64,000 nt of DNA, from the NCBI GenBank assembly GCA_963754085.1, contig CAVWFA010000003.1:391854-455853 (forward strand), written 5' to 3'. The translations under genes and the position numbers were made by a program. Below the pieces are notes generated by a model. That model had not been told where the DNA came from and ran no database searches. It saw only the letters and a program-made list of their open reading frames with translations. The stretch comes from Candidatus Aminicenantes bacterium (GTDB lineage: Bacteria; Acidobacteriota; Aminicenantia; Aminicenantales; Saccharicenantaceae). This document shows positions 40,317-48,484 of the stretch, piece after piece. Each line of letters opens with the position of its first letter. Positions within the stretch are counted from its first letter, which is position 1.

Positions 40317-41165
40317 TCAGAGCCAGAGCGAGGCCGCTTCGGGGACGGCGGCGCGGTCGACGAGCGAGATCGCGCCCTTGACGCAGACCGGCCGGCAGAT
40401 GCCGCAGCCGTAGCATTTCTTCGGATCGATCCGGGCCTTGGCCTTGCGCTTGTGGGGCAGGTACGCGTCGAAGGGACAGATCTTGACGCACTCGCCGCAG
40501 CCGACGCAGGCGGCTTCGTCCACCCGGGCCATGTATTCGCCCCGGAACATGACCGGCGCCCTGTGGGTCAGCGTCGCCTTCATGGCCATGCAGCCGGGCA
40601 GAGCGCAGTTGCAGATGCCGCCCAGGAAGGGCGTCACGAACGACCAGACGGTGTGGCAGAGCCCTTCCTCTTCGCTTTCACGCATCAAAGCCAGGGCTTC
40701 CTCTTTAGGCAGGAACTCGAGCCCGCCGGTCTGCGGTCCGATGAGATAGCCGGAGTCGACGCTCTTGAGGATGTTCAGCATCTCGCCGCCCTGCGGCGCC
40801 AGGCTGATGCCGTAGCAGTAGCGGTGCTCGGGGCCGAAGGCCACGTGGCGGCAGATGCAGGCCAGGCGGACGACCGAGGTCGTGAAGCCGAGGATGCGCT
40901 CGATGTCTTCGATCGGGACGACCTGGCCGAAATGATTGACCTTCTGCCTCTTGGTGATCGCACGCCGGATGCCGCGGGTGAAGAACGAGGGGATCCGGTC
41001 GAGCTTGCCGAGAGCCTTTTCCCCCTTCGCCAGGTGCTCCGGCGATTCGAAGAAACGCTCGATGAATTTCCGCCTGCGGAGGTCGCTGAGCAGGTCCTCG
41101 GCGTAGTTATTGGCGTTGAGGTACCACTTTTTCCCCTCGCCGTGCTGATGGCAGAATTCGCACAT
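40317..41165 (-). CDS. Uncharacterised Fe-S protein: N-terminal CxxC, Cys-rich core, C-terminal 2x[4Fe-4S] ferredoxin motifs
   Basis: MCEFCHQHGEGKKWYL start; CVGCGECVKICP and CYGCGICRPVC motifs. Low-GC3 codons upstream of 41165 argue against the 41276 start. Confidence 0.7.
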   Translation of the reverse strand: MCEFCHQHGEGKKWYLNANNYAEDLLSDLRRRKFIERFFESPEHLAKGEKALGKLDRIPSFFTRGIRRAITKRQKVNHFGQVVPIEDIERILGFTTSVVRLACICRHVAFGPEHRYCYGISLAPQGGEMLNILKSVDSGYLIGPQTGGLEFLPKEEALALMRESEEEGLCHTVWSFVTPFLGGICNCALPGCMAMKATLTHRAPVMFRGEYMARVDEAACVGCGECVKICPFDAYLPHKRKAKARIDPKKCYGCGICRPVCVKGAISLVDRAAVPEAASLWL

Positions 41166-41461
41166 CTTGAGGCCATCGTGCCACAGGCTTCCCGGGGTGT
41201 CAATGCTTTGAACATGGGGGCCAGGGGCCAAAGACGGAAAAAAACCTTTCCCAAGACGAATTTTCATCAAAAACACCGGAAAAGCAGGGTTTTTCCCCTA
41301 ACACGGCAAGGCTCGCACAAGCCGTTTTGAAGGCTCTGCCTGAAGGCCTCGGCAGAAGGCCGATCGGGCGGCCATTTTCGCAACCGGATCCCCGCCAAAG
41401 TCAGGAAAATCCTAGGAAAATCCCGATCGTTCTCGGAAAAGGACCGGGTTTTTAAAAGTGC

Positions 41462-41490
41462 TTGACAAGCAGTATGATATCCAGTATAGT
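41462..41490 (+). promoter_or_regulatory. Consensus-like sigma70 promoter of padR copy 1 (TTGACA-N17-TATAGT)
   Basis: Read directly from the sequence. The leader carries the direct repeat ACACATCAT at 41496-41504 and 41513-41521; the second copy overlaps the ATG. Confidence 0.6.
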
Positions 41491-41519
41491 TTAATACACA
41501 TCATAGTGAGATACACATC

Positions 41520-41867
41520 ATGACAAACATCGAACCCGATATCGGCAGCCTCGAAACGGAGATGAACCGGGGGTTCCTCCACATCCTCGTCCTGGCCCTG
41601 CTCGAAAAGGACATGTACGGCTATGCCATGGTCAAGCACATCGAGACGCTGGGCTACAAGGTCGAGGAGAACACTCTCTATCCCCTTCTCCGCCGGCTCG
41701 AGAAGAACGGCTGGATCGCGTCGAAGTGGAACCTGGCCGAGGACAGGCCCCGCAAGTTCTACGCGATCACCGCGGCGGGCCGCGCCCTCCGGGCCAACCT
41801 TCTCGACGTCTGGAAGACGCAGAACCGCGTCCTCGAAAAGACCATCAAGGAGACCTCCCATGTCTGA
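41520..41867 (+). CDS. PadR-family transcriptional regulator (copy 1)
   Basis: L.ILVLALL....YGY.....I......V.E.TLYP.L.RLE..G.I...W......RK.Y.IT..G. Confidence 0.9.
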   Translation: MTNIEPDIGSLETEMNRGFLHILVLALLEKDMYGYAMVKHIETLGYKVEENTLYPLLRRLEKNGWIASKWNLAEDRPRKFYAITAAGRALRANLLDVWKTQNRVLEKTIKETSHV

Positions 41868-42529
41868 CAAGCTCGAAGCTTATCTCGAAGAGATCAGCCA
41901 CTTCCTCTCCGGCCGCGCCGAGCGCGAGGAAATCCTGTCGGAGATCCGCAGCCACATCCTGGAAAAAGCCGCCGCGGAGACCGGCGCGTCGGGCGACGCC
42001 GCCGTCGAAACGGCCATCGCCGCCTACGGCGCCGGCCGCGCCGCGTCGCCGAGCGCTACGTCGAAGACCGGCCCATCATCGCCCCGGCCTACAAGCGCTA
42101 CCTCTTCCGTTACACGACGTTCCTCTTCGCCATCCACACCGCGCTGACCCTCATGGCCGTGGTCTTCAAGAAGGACTTCGTCCTCTTCCCGTTCCTGTAC
42201 ATGCCCAAGCTCGGCGTTATCGAGGCCCTGATGTACCTGCCGACGGCCTTCCTGGCCGACCTCGGCATCGTCACGGTCGTGCTCTACTTTATCACCCAGA
42301 GCGGCAAGGACATCAAGCTGCCCTGGCCGAAGTTCGCCGTCGACCTCGACGAGGTCAAGCCCCCGACAGAAGAGCTTCTGGCTGAGCCGCGTCGCCACGG
42401 CCGTCGGGGCGGTCATCATGCTGGCCATCACCGATTTCGCGCTCTATGTCTTCGCCCGGCACCAGACCATCTTCTTCGCCAACGTCGACTGGCACAACCT
42501 GCGTCCGCTGTTCATGCCGGCCGGCAGAA
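41860..42529 (+). pseudogene. PadR-associated HAAS/DUF1700-type membrane protein, copy 1: two frame breaks, 3'-truncated at the duplication junction
   Basis: MSDKLEAYLEEISHFLSGRAEREEILSEIRSHI. Breaks near 42040-42046 and 42366-42372 relative to copy 2. Homology ends at 42522. Confidence 0.7.
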
Positions 42530-43102
42530 TGCCGGCAGAGCGCAGTTGCAGATGCCGCCCAGGAAGGGCGTCACGAACGACCAGACGGTGTGGCAGAGCC
42601 CTTCCTCTTCGCTTTCACGCATCAAAGCCAGGGCTTCCTCTTTAGGCAGGAACTCGAGCCCGCCGGTCTGCGGTCCGATGAGATAGCCGGAGTCGACGCT
42701 CTTGAGGATGTTCAGCATCTCGCCGCCCTGCGGCGCCAGGCTGATGCCGTAGCAGTAGCGGTGCTCGGGTCCGAAGGCCACGTGGCGGCAGATGCAGGCC
42801 AGGCGGACGACCGAGGTCGTGAAGCCGAGGATGCGCTCGATGTCTTCGATCGGGACGACCTGGCCGAAATGATTGACCTTCTGCCGCTTGGTGATCGCAC
42901 GCCGGATGCCGCGGGTGAAGAACGAGGGGATCCGGTCGAGCTTGCCGAGAGCCTTTTCACCCTTCGCCAGGTGCTCCGGCGATTCGAAGAAGCGCTCGAT
43001 GAATTTCCGCCTGCGGAGGTCGCTGAGCAGGTCCTCGGCGTAGTTATTGGCGTTGAGGTACCACTTTTTCCCCTCGCCGTGCTGATGGCAGAATTCGCAC
43101 AT
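42512..43102 (-). pseudogene. 3'-truncated paralogue of the Fe-S protein (lacks the ferredoxin-type C-terminus)
   Basis: Matches residues 1 to about 190 of 40317..41165 up to ..FLGGICNCALP, then runs into junction sequence. Confidence 0.75.
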
Positions 43103-43399
43103 CTTGAGGCCATCGTGCCACAGGCTTCCCGGGGTGTCAATCCTTTGAACATGGGGGCCAGGGGCCAAAGACAGGAAAAAACCGTTCCCAGGACGAATTT
43201 TCATCAAAAACACTGGAAAAGCACGGTTTTTCCCCTATCACGGTCAAGGCTCGCACGGGCCGTTTTGAAGGCCCTGCCTGAAGGCCTCGGCAGAAGGCCG
43301 ATCGGGCGACCATTTTCGCAACCGGATCCCCATCAAAGTCGGGAAAATCCTAGGAAAATCCCGACCGGACTTGGAAAAAGACAGTGTTTTAAAAAGTGC

Positions 43400-43428
43400 T
43401 TGACAAGCCGTATGATATCCAGTATAGT
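43400..43428 (+). promoter_or_regulatory. sigma70 promoter of padR copy 2 (TTGACA-N17-TATAGT)
   Basis: Same architecture as 41462-41490. Confidence 0.6.
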
Positions 43429-43457
43429 TTATTACACATTATAGTGAGACACACATC

Positions 43458-43805
43458 ATGACAAACAACGAACCCGACATCGGCAGCCTCGAAACGGAGA
43501 TGAACCGGGGGTTCCTCCACATCCTCGTCCTGGCCCTGCTCGAAAAGGACATGTACGGCTATTCCATGGTCAAGCACATCGAGACGCTGGGCTACAAGGT
43601 CGAGGAGAACACCCTCTATCCCCTTCTCCGCCGGCTCGAGAAGAACGGCTGGATCGCGTCGAAGTGGAACCTGACCGAGGACAGGCCCCGCAAGTTCTAC
43701 GCGATCACCGCGGCGGGCCGCACCCTCCGGGCCAACCTTCTCGACGTCTGGAAGACCCAGAACCGCGTCCTCGAAAAGATCAACAAGGAGACCTCCCATG
43801 TCTGA
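43458..43805 (+). CDS. PadR-family transcriptional regulator (copy 2)
   Basis: 115 aa, 6 substitutions relative to copy 1. Confidence 0.9.
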   Translation: MTNNEPDIGSLETEMNRGFLHILVLALLEKDMYGYSMVKHIETLGYKVEENTLYPLLRRLEKNGWIASKWNLTEDRPRKFYAITAAGRTLRANLLDVWKTQNRVLEKINKETSHV

Positions 43806-44785
43806 CAAGCTCGAAGCCTATCTCGAAGAGATCAGCCACTTCCTCTCCGGCCGCGCCGAGCGCGAGGAGATCCTGTCCGAGATCCGCAGCCACATCCTGG
43901 AAAAGGCCGCCGAGGGGACCGGCGCGTCGGGCGACGCCGCCGTCGATAACGGCCATCGCCGCCTTCGGCCCGGCCCGCAAGGTCGCCGAACGCTACGTCG
44001 ACGACCGGCCCATCATCGCCCCGGCCTACAAGCGCTACCTCTTCCGCTACACGTCGTTCCTCTTCGCCATCCACGCCGCGCTGACCGTCATGGCCGTCGT
44101 CTTCAAGAAGGACTTCGTCATCTTCCCGTTCCTGTTCATGCCCAGGCTCGGCGTCATCGAGGCCCTGATGTACCTGCCGATGGCCTTCCTGGCCGACCTC
44201 GGCATCGTCGCGGTCGTGCTCTACTTCATCACCCAGAGCGGCAAGGACGTCAAGCTGCCCTGGCCGAAGTTCGCCGTCGACCTCGACGAGGTCAAGCCCC
44301 CGAAGAAAAGCTTCTGGCTGAGCCGCGTCGCCACGGCCGTCGGGGCGGTCATCATGCTGGCCATCACCGACTTCGCGCTCTATGTCTTCGCCCGGCACCA
44401 GACCATCTTCTTCGCCAACGTCGACTGGCACAACCTGCGTCCGCTGTTCATGCCGGCCCCCGGACGGCGCATCTCCCTCATCGTCATCGCCATGTTCGCC
44501 GCCTCGACCATGGCCCTCCTCGTCAAGCTCTTCACCCGCTCCCGCTGGGTCGACGTCGCTTCGAACGTCGTCACGCTCGGCCTCGTCGGCCTCCTTCTCC
44601 GCCAGCCCTTCGACAACCTCTTCGTCCCCGAGATCGCCGGCCGCTTTTCGCCCAGGATCGTCACCTGGGGGAAATATTCGGTCCTCTTCACGCTCCTCTT
44701 CATCGCCCTGATGACCACCATCGAGCTGGTCAAGAGCATCGTCATCATCAGCCGGCGGAAGCTCAATTCGGTGACACACAACTGA
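43798..44785 (+). CDS. PadR-associated HAAS/DUF1700-type membrane protein, copy 2 (full length; one frame break near 43946)
   Basis: The N-terminal helical domain is in the frame of 43798. The TM body (..VAERYVDDRPIIAPAYKRYLF... to NSVTHN) is in the frame of ORF 43664..44785. An extra T in GATAAC relative to GAAAC of copy 1. Confidence 0.7.
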
Positions 44786-44865
44786 GAATCTCGCGTTGTT
44801 CCGTTCGTCTCTTGTCCTGGAGGTGGCCCTTGACAAATATGCATGATAATGGCATCTCTATGCAT

Positions 44866-45059
44866 ATGAGAACGACGATCAACATCGACGACGACCTCAT
44901 CGCCAGGGCCGCCGAGCTGACGGGGATCAAGGAAAAGACGACCCTGGTCAGGATGGCTTTGGAGTATCTGATCGCGCGCGAGAGCGCCAAGAGACTGGCC
45001 AGGCTCGGGGGGACGGCAAGAACCTCCAGCCCATCCCCCGGCGCAAAAGCAACTGGTGA
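44866..45059 (+). pseudogene. vapB: VapB-type antitoxin (MRTTINIDDDL..), frame break in a G6 run near 45007
   Basis: The expected C-terminus KNLQPIPRRKSNW* is present in the adjacent frame and ends 3 nt before the VapC ATG. Confidence 0.65.
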
Positions 45060-45062
45060 GCG

Positions 45063-45419
45063 ATGGTCCTCGTCGATACCTGCATCTGGGTCGACCATCT
45101 TCGTCACGGGAATGGTCGCCTCGCATCCCTTCTTGAAGAGGGAGTCGTGATTTGTCACCCTTTCATCATCGGCGAGCTCGCTTGCGGCGAGCTGCCGGAA
45201 CGATGCAAAAACGCGGGCTTATCGAGGAACTGCCGCTAACGGAAGTCGCCAGCCATGACGAGGTCATGAAATGATCGACTCCCATGGCTTGATGAGCAGC
45301 GGCCTCGGTTTCATCGACGCCCATTTATTGGCTTCCGCGCGCCTATCGGGCGACTCTGTCTGGACCAAGGATCTCGCGCTGAAGAAGGCCGCGGCGAAAC
45401 TCGGCGTTCTCTGTCCTGA
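45063..45419 (+). pseudogene. vapC: VapC-type PIN-domain toxin, at least 2 frame breaks at A-runs; 3' end uncertain
   Basis: MVLVDTCIWVDHLR..HPFIIGELACG, then ..KRGLIEELPLTEVASHDEVMK and MIDSHGL..GFIDAHLLASARL..VWTKD in other frames. Confidence 0.6.
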
Positions 45420-45463
45420 CTTCAGGGCCGTCGCCTGGCCGAAAAGCCCGGCGAGACCCCCTT

Positions 45464-46828
45464 TTACGGCGTCAGGGTCTCGTGGGCCATCAGGAGCTTG
45501 GCCTGGATGGGGACGCCGTAGGGGCAGGCCGCCTCGCAGGGACCCGCGCAGCCCGCGCACTCGGCCGCCCCGCGCGGGCCGAGCGCCGCGTAGAGCCCCA
45601 TGGCCTCCTTCTCCCGCCCCTTGGCCCCGAAGTAGTACTCGTAGCGCATGATCGAGTTGACGGGCACGCCCCGCGGGCAGGCCGGCTCGCACAGCCCGCA
45701 GGCGTGGCGGCAGTACGTGTCGCCGAAGGCCTCGCGGCCGTCGTCGAGCACCCGGGCCGCGGCCAGATCGAGCTTGCGGCCCGACAGCTTCAGGAACGAT
45801 TCGAGCCCCTCGAAGCTGTTGATCGTCGGGCAGACGGCGTGGACGCCGGGGTTGTTGAGGCAGAACATGATGGCCGCGTCGCGCACCTTCTCCCGGGCGT
45901 CGAGGCCGTGTTTCTTCGTGAATTCTTCGGCCACCGCGGCCCGCTCCGCCGCCCGCTGCTTCATCTTCAGCACGGCCTCGGGCAGCTCCTTGCTCTGGTT
46001 CTTGTAGCGCTCCTCGATCGAGGCCAGCACTTCCGTCTCGCTGGTCACGGTCAGGCCCGGGTCCATCTTCATCAGCGTGACGCCGACGTTCTTGGCCGCG
46101 CACGCCTTGAGGGCCTTCTCCCCCGCCTCGCGCTGCAGGAAGTTGTAGACGAAGAGCATGATGTCGAAGCGCCCGTCCTCGGCCGCGGCCAGGACGACCT
46201 GGTCCATGGGGTCGTCGAGCTTGCCGAAGAGGCTGAGGTCGGCGCCGTGGTTCGACAGCCCCGAGAACCGCACCTTCCCCTCGGCCTTGAGCTCGCCGAT
46301 GAGCTCGTGGTAGGGCTCGTACTTGACCTGGGCCAGCGTGCACATGTGGATCATCAGGCAGTCGGCCCGGTCCGTGCCCATGCGCTCGAGGCCCTTCATG
46401 AAGCGGTCCCGGAGCTCCGCCTTCGAGATATGCTTGTTGAAGCTGAGGTTGAGCTTGGTCGTGATGAACAGGGACTTGCGGTCGTGGGTCTTGAGGACCT
46501 GGCCGATCGTCCGCTCCGATCCGCCCATCCCGTAATGCTCGGCCGTGTCGATGTAGTTGACGCCGGCGTCGAGCGCCGCGCGCAGCACGTTGTCGTTGCT
46601 CAGGTCGCCGGCCCCGAAGCTGATGTCGGAGACCTTGAAGCCCGTCCGCCCGAGCGTCCTATAGTCCTTGATCTTGAAGGCCGGCTTGGCCGGCGGCGCC
46701 TCCTGAGCCGCGTCCTGGCCCGCCGCCGCGCCCTGGGCCCTCAGCCCGGCCGCCGAGACCGCGGCCAGCGATGCGCTCAAGAATCCCCGCCTCGAGATGC
46801 CTCTCCCCTTTTCCGTCGCTCTTTTCAC
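45464..46828 (-). CDS. Tat-signal aldo/keto reductase with C-terminal Cys-rich (2x CxxCxxxCP) Fe-S module
   Basis: GTG start after AAGGAG. ISRRGFLSASLAA twin-arginine signal, AKR core (NYIDTAEHYG), CGLCEPACP and CAGPCEAACP motifs. Confidence 0.8.
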   Translation of the reverse strand: MKRATEKGRGISRRGFLSASLAAVSAAGLRAQGAAAGQDAAQEAPPAKPAFKIKDYRTLGRTGFKVSDISFGAGDLSNDNVLRAALDAGVNYIDTAEHYGMGGSERTIGQVLKTHDRKSLFITTKLNLSFNKHISKAELRDRFMKGLERMGTDRADCLMIHMCTLAQVKYEPYHELIGELKAEGKVRFSGLSNHGADLSLFGKLDDPMDQVVLAAAEDGRFDIMLFVYNFLQREAGEKALKACAAKNVGVTLMKMDPGLTVTSETEVLASIEERYKNQSKELPEAVLKMKQRAAERAAVAEEFTKKHGLDAREKVRDAAIMFCLNNPGVHAVCPTINSFEGLESFLKLSGRKLDLAAARVLDDGREAFGDTYCRHACGLCEPACPRGVPVNSIMRYEYYFGAKGREKEAMGLYAALGPRGAAECAGCAGPCEAACPYGVPIQAKLLMAHETLTP

Positions 46829-46939
46829 GCGGGCTCCTTTCGTGCCGGTCGGATCGTCGCGAACATCCTATGACGGACATCCAGCAAAGTCCATGCCAGG
46901 CCTTCTCCCCGAGAGACCGGCGGCCCGGCGTAAAGGCTT

Positions 46940-46968
46940 TTGACAAGAGACGCCCCGGCTGGTAGTTT
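46940..46968 (+). promoter_or_regulatory. Candidate sigma70 promoter (TTGACA-N17-TAGTTT)
   Basis: Read directly. It favours ATG 46989 (GAGG RBS) over the TTG at 46971. Confidence 0.4.
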
Positions 46969-46988
46969 GGTTGCCCGAGGCCAGGACC

Positions 46989-47810
46989 ATGCCCCAGCAT
47001 TCGAGACTCACACCCGTCGCGGCCGCCCTTCTCTGTCTCGCCCCCCTGCTCTTCTCCGCCCGCCCCTCCTCCGGGCAAGCCTCCGCGGCCAAACCCGCCA
47101 CCGGTCCCGACGCCGCCGCCCTGGTCGAAAAGATCGGCGCGCGCATCGCCTCGTATCCCAAGCTCGAGTCCTGGCAGGCCCGGGCCCGCTCGACGTCTTC
47201 CCGGATGACGTCCGAATGGAAGCCGAAGAGCACGACGGTCACGGAGAAGCTCGTCACGGTCGACGGCGGCCTCTGGTCCGAAGAGATCCTGAGCGCCACG
47301 GAGACGGAAGACGGCCAGACCCGCGACGTCACCAAGAAGTCCCAGGAGGAGGCCCGCGAGCGCGCGGCCAAGCAGAAGCGCTCGACCGACGAGGAGCGCA
47401 AGTCCGACCAGCGCAGCCGCGGCCGCCGCAGTCTCGACATGACCCGCGACGAGGTCCTGCCCTTCGGCCCCGACAAGCGCGCGGGCTACGACTTCACGAT
47501 CGAGGGCCAGCGCGACCTCGACGGCTCGCCCGCCGTCCTCCTCCGGTCGCGCTCCCGGGTCCGCTCCGACGAGAAGTTCGAGGGCCTCTACTACGTCGAC
47601 CCGGCGACCGGCGACGTCCGCCGGGCCGAGCTGACCCTGGCCAAGATGCCCGGACCCCTCAAGCGCATGGAGATGGCGATCGATTTCCGGGTCCTGCCCG
47701 AAGGCAGCCAGGTGATGACGAAAGCCGTCATGCGCATCCACGTCGGGCTCATCGTCAAGAACATCCGGGTCGAGGCCGTCGAGAGCTACACCGACCACGT
47801 CGTCCGTTAA
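46989..47810 (+). CDS. Secreted hypothetical protein with a charged central linker
   Basis: Signal peptide LTPVAAALLCLAPLLFSA. No family confidently recognised (possibly a LolA-like fold). Confidence 0.6.
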   Translation: MPQHSRLTPVAAALLCLAPLLFSARPSSGQASAAKPATGPDAAALVEKIGARIASYPKLESWQARARSTSSRMTSEWKPKSTTVTEKLVTVDGGLWSEEILSATETEDGQTRDVTKKSQEEARERAAKQKRSTDEERKSDQRSRGRRSLDMTRDEVLPFGPDKRAGYDFTIEGQRDLDGSPAVLLRSRSRVRSDEKFEGLYYVDPATGDVRRAELTLAKMPGPLKRMEMAIDFRVLPEGSQVMTKAVMRIHVGLIVKNIRVEAVESYTDHVVR

Positions 47811-47814
47811 AATG

Positions 47815-47879
47815 GGGGACATGATACCCGTTTCCCATTTTCCGCTGGCTTAAAAAAGGGAAACGGGTATCATGTCCCC
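47815..47879. repeat. 65-nt palindromic element, perfect 22-bp arms GGGGACATGATACCCGTTTCCC / complement
   Basis: Arms at 47815-47836 and 47858-47879. Lies 4 nt after the stop at 47808-47810. Confidence 0.9.
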
Positions 47880-48004
47880 AAATATTTAACACATTAGACA
47901 GCTGCCCCACCCGTTGTTTTGTTTATAGGGGGGGGCGAGAGTTCGCCGATTAAATAAATGTATTCAGTTGCGTGTCACCGAATCGAATTGGCGGGGGCGG
48001 GAAG

Positions 48005-48367
48005 CTAGGGCAGGTAATTGGCCGAGTCGATGGCGATCGAGGAGTCGAGATAGACGGACAGGGCCCGGGCGATGGTGAAGACGATGAAGCCCATGACGAG
48101 GATGGTCAACGCGACGAGGGCGATGGCCTTGGCGTTCGAGACCTTCCGGGCCAGGCCCTGGGGCGCCAGCACGTCCCAGAGCGACTTGCCCACGAAGCCG
48201 ATCAAGAGCATCAGGCCGAAGAAGAGGCGATAGCCGTTGAGCCGGCCGTTCGCTTCGGTCGAGGCGGTGAGGCGGAAGAAGGGCGAGACGAGCCAGACGG
48301 CGAAGAGCAGGAAGAGCGCTGTGAGGACGACGGCCAGGGTCTTCTTGGGGTCGAGTTCAAGCTTCAC
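48005..48367 (-). CDS. Small 3-TM membrane protein (hypothetical)
   Basis: 120 aa with three clear hydrophobic helices and good GC3. Confidence 0.6.
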   Translation of the reverse strand: MKLELDPKKTLAVVLTALFLLFAVWLVSPFFRLTASTEANGRLNGYRLFFGLMLLIGFVGKSLWDVLAPQGLARKVSNAKAIALVALTILVMGFIVFTIARALSVYLDSSIAIDSANYLP

Positions 48368-48422
48368 CGCGTGTTCCTCCGCACTCTGTTAGACGGGCTG
48401 GGACCGGATTTCTTCCTTAAAG

Positions 48423-48481
48423 GGGGACACAATACCAATTCCCCTATTTTCAATAAATGGGTGAATTGGTATTGTGTCCCC
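48423..48481. repeat. 59-nt palindromic element (19-bp arms GGGGACACAATACCAATTC / GAATTGGTATTGTGTCCCC), copy 1
   Basis: Part of a 70-nt block (48421-48490) that is 69/70 identical to 49889-49958. Confidence 0.95.
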
Positions 48482-48484
48482 GAT

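Larger units (their letters stand above)
40594..42522. repeat. Tandem duplication unit 1 (about 1.93 kb)
   Basis: Collinear with 42530-44458. PadR starts are 1938 nt apart. Confidence 0.9.
42530..44458. repeat. Tandem duplication unit 2 (about 1.93 kb)
   Basis: See unit 1. About 95% amino-acid identity between the PadR copies. Confidence 0.9.

Noticed and set aside
40231-40491. N-terminal extensions offered by the ORF track. Examples: 40491 for NRAMP, 41276/43213 for the Fe-S gene, 15907 for the serine hydrolase, 22794 for the membrane protein, 8594, 3618, 19518 and 46971.
   Set aside because: The extensions are compositionally non-coding (junk Arg/Pro or low GC3) or run through neighbouring genes or elements. 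Internal ATGs have RBS-like GGAG motifs and give native-looking N-termini.
40594-44458. The tandem duplication as a pure assembly artefact.
   Set aside because: The units differ by about 5% with independent indels and there is a single specific junction with filler sequence. A collapsed or duplicated assembly error would more likely give identical copies. It still needs spanning-read confirmation.
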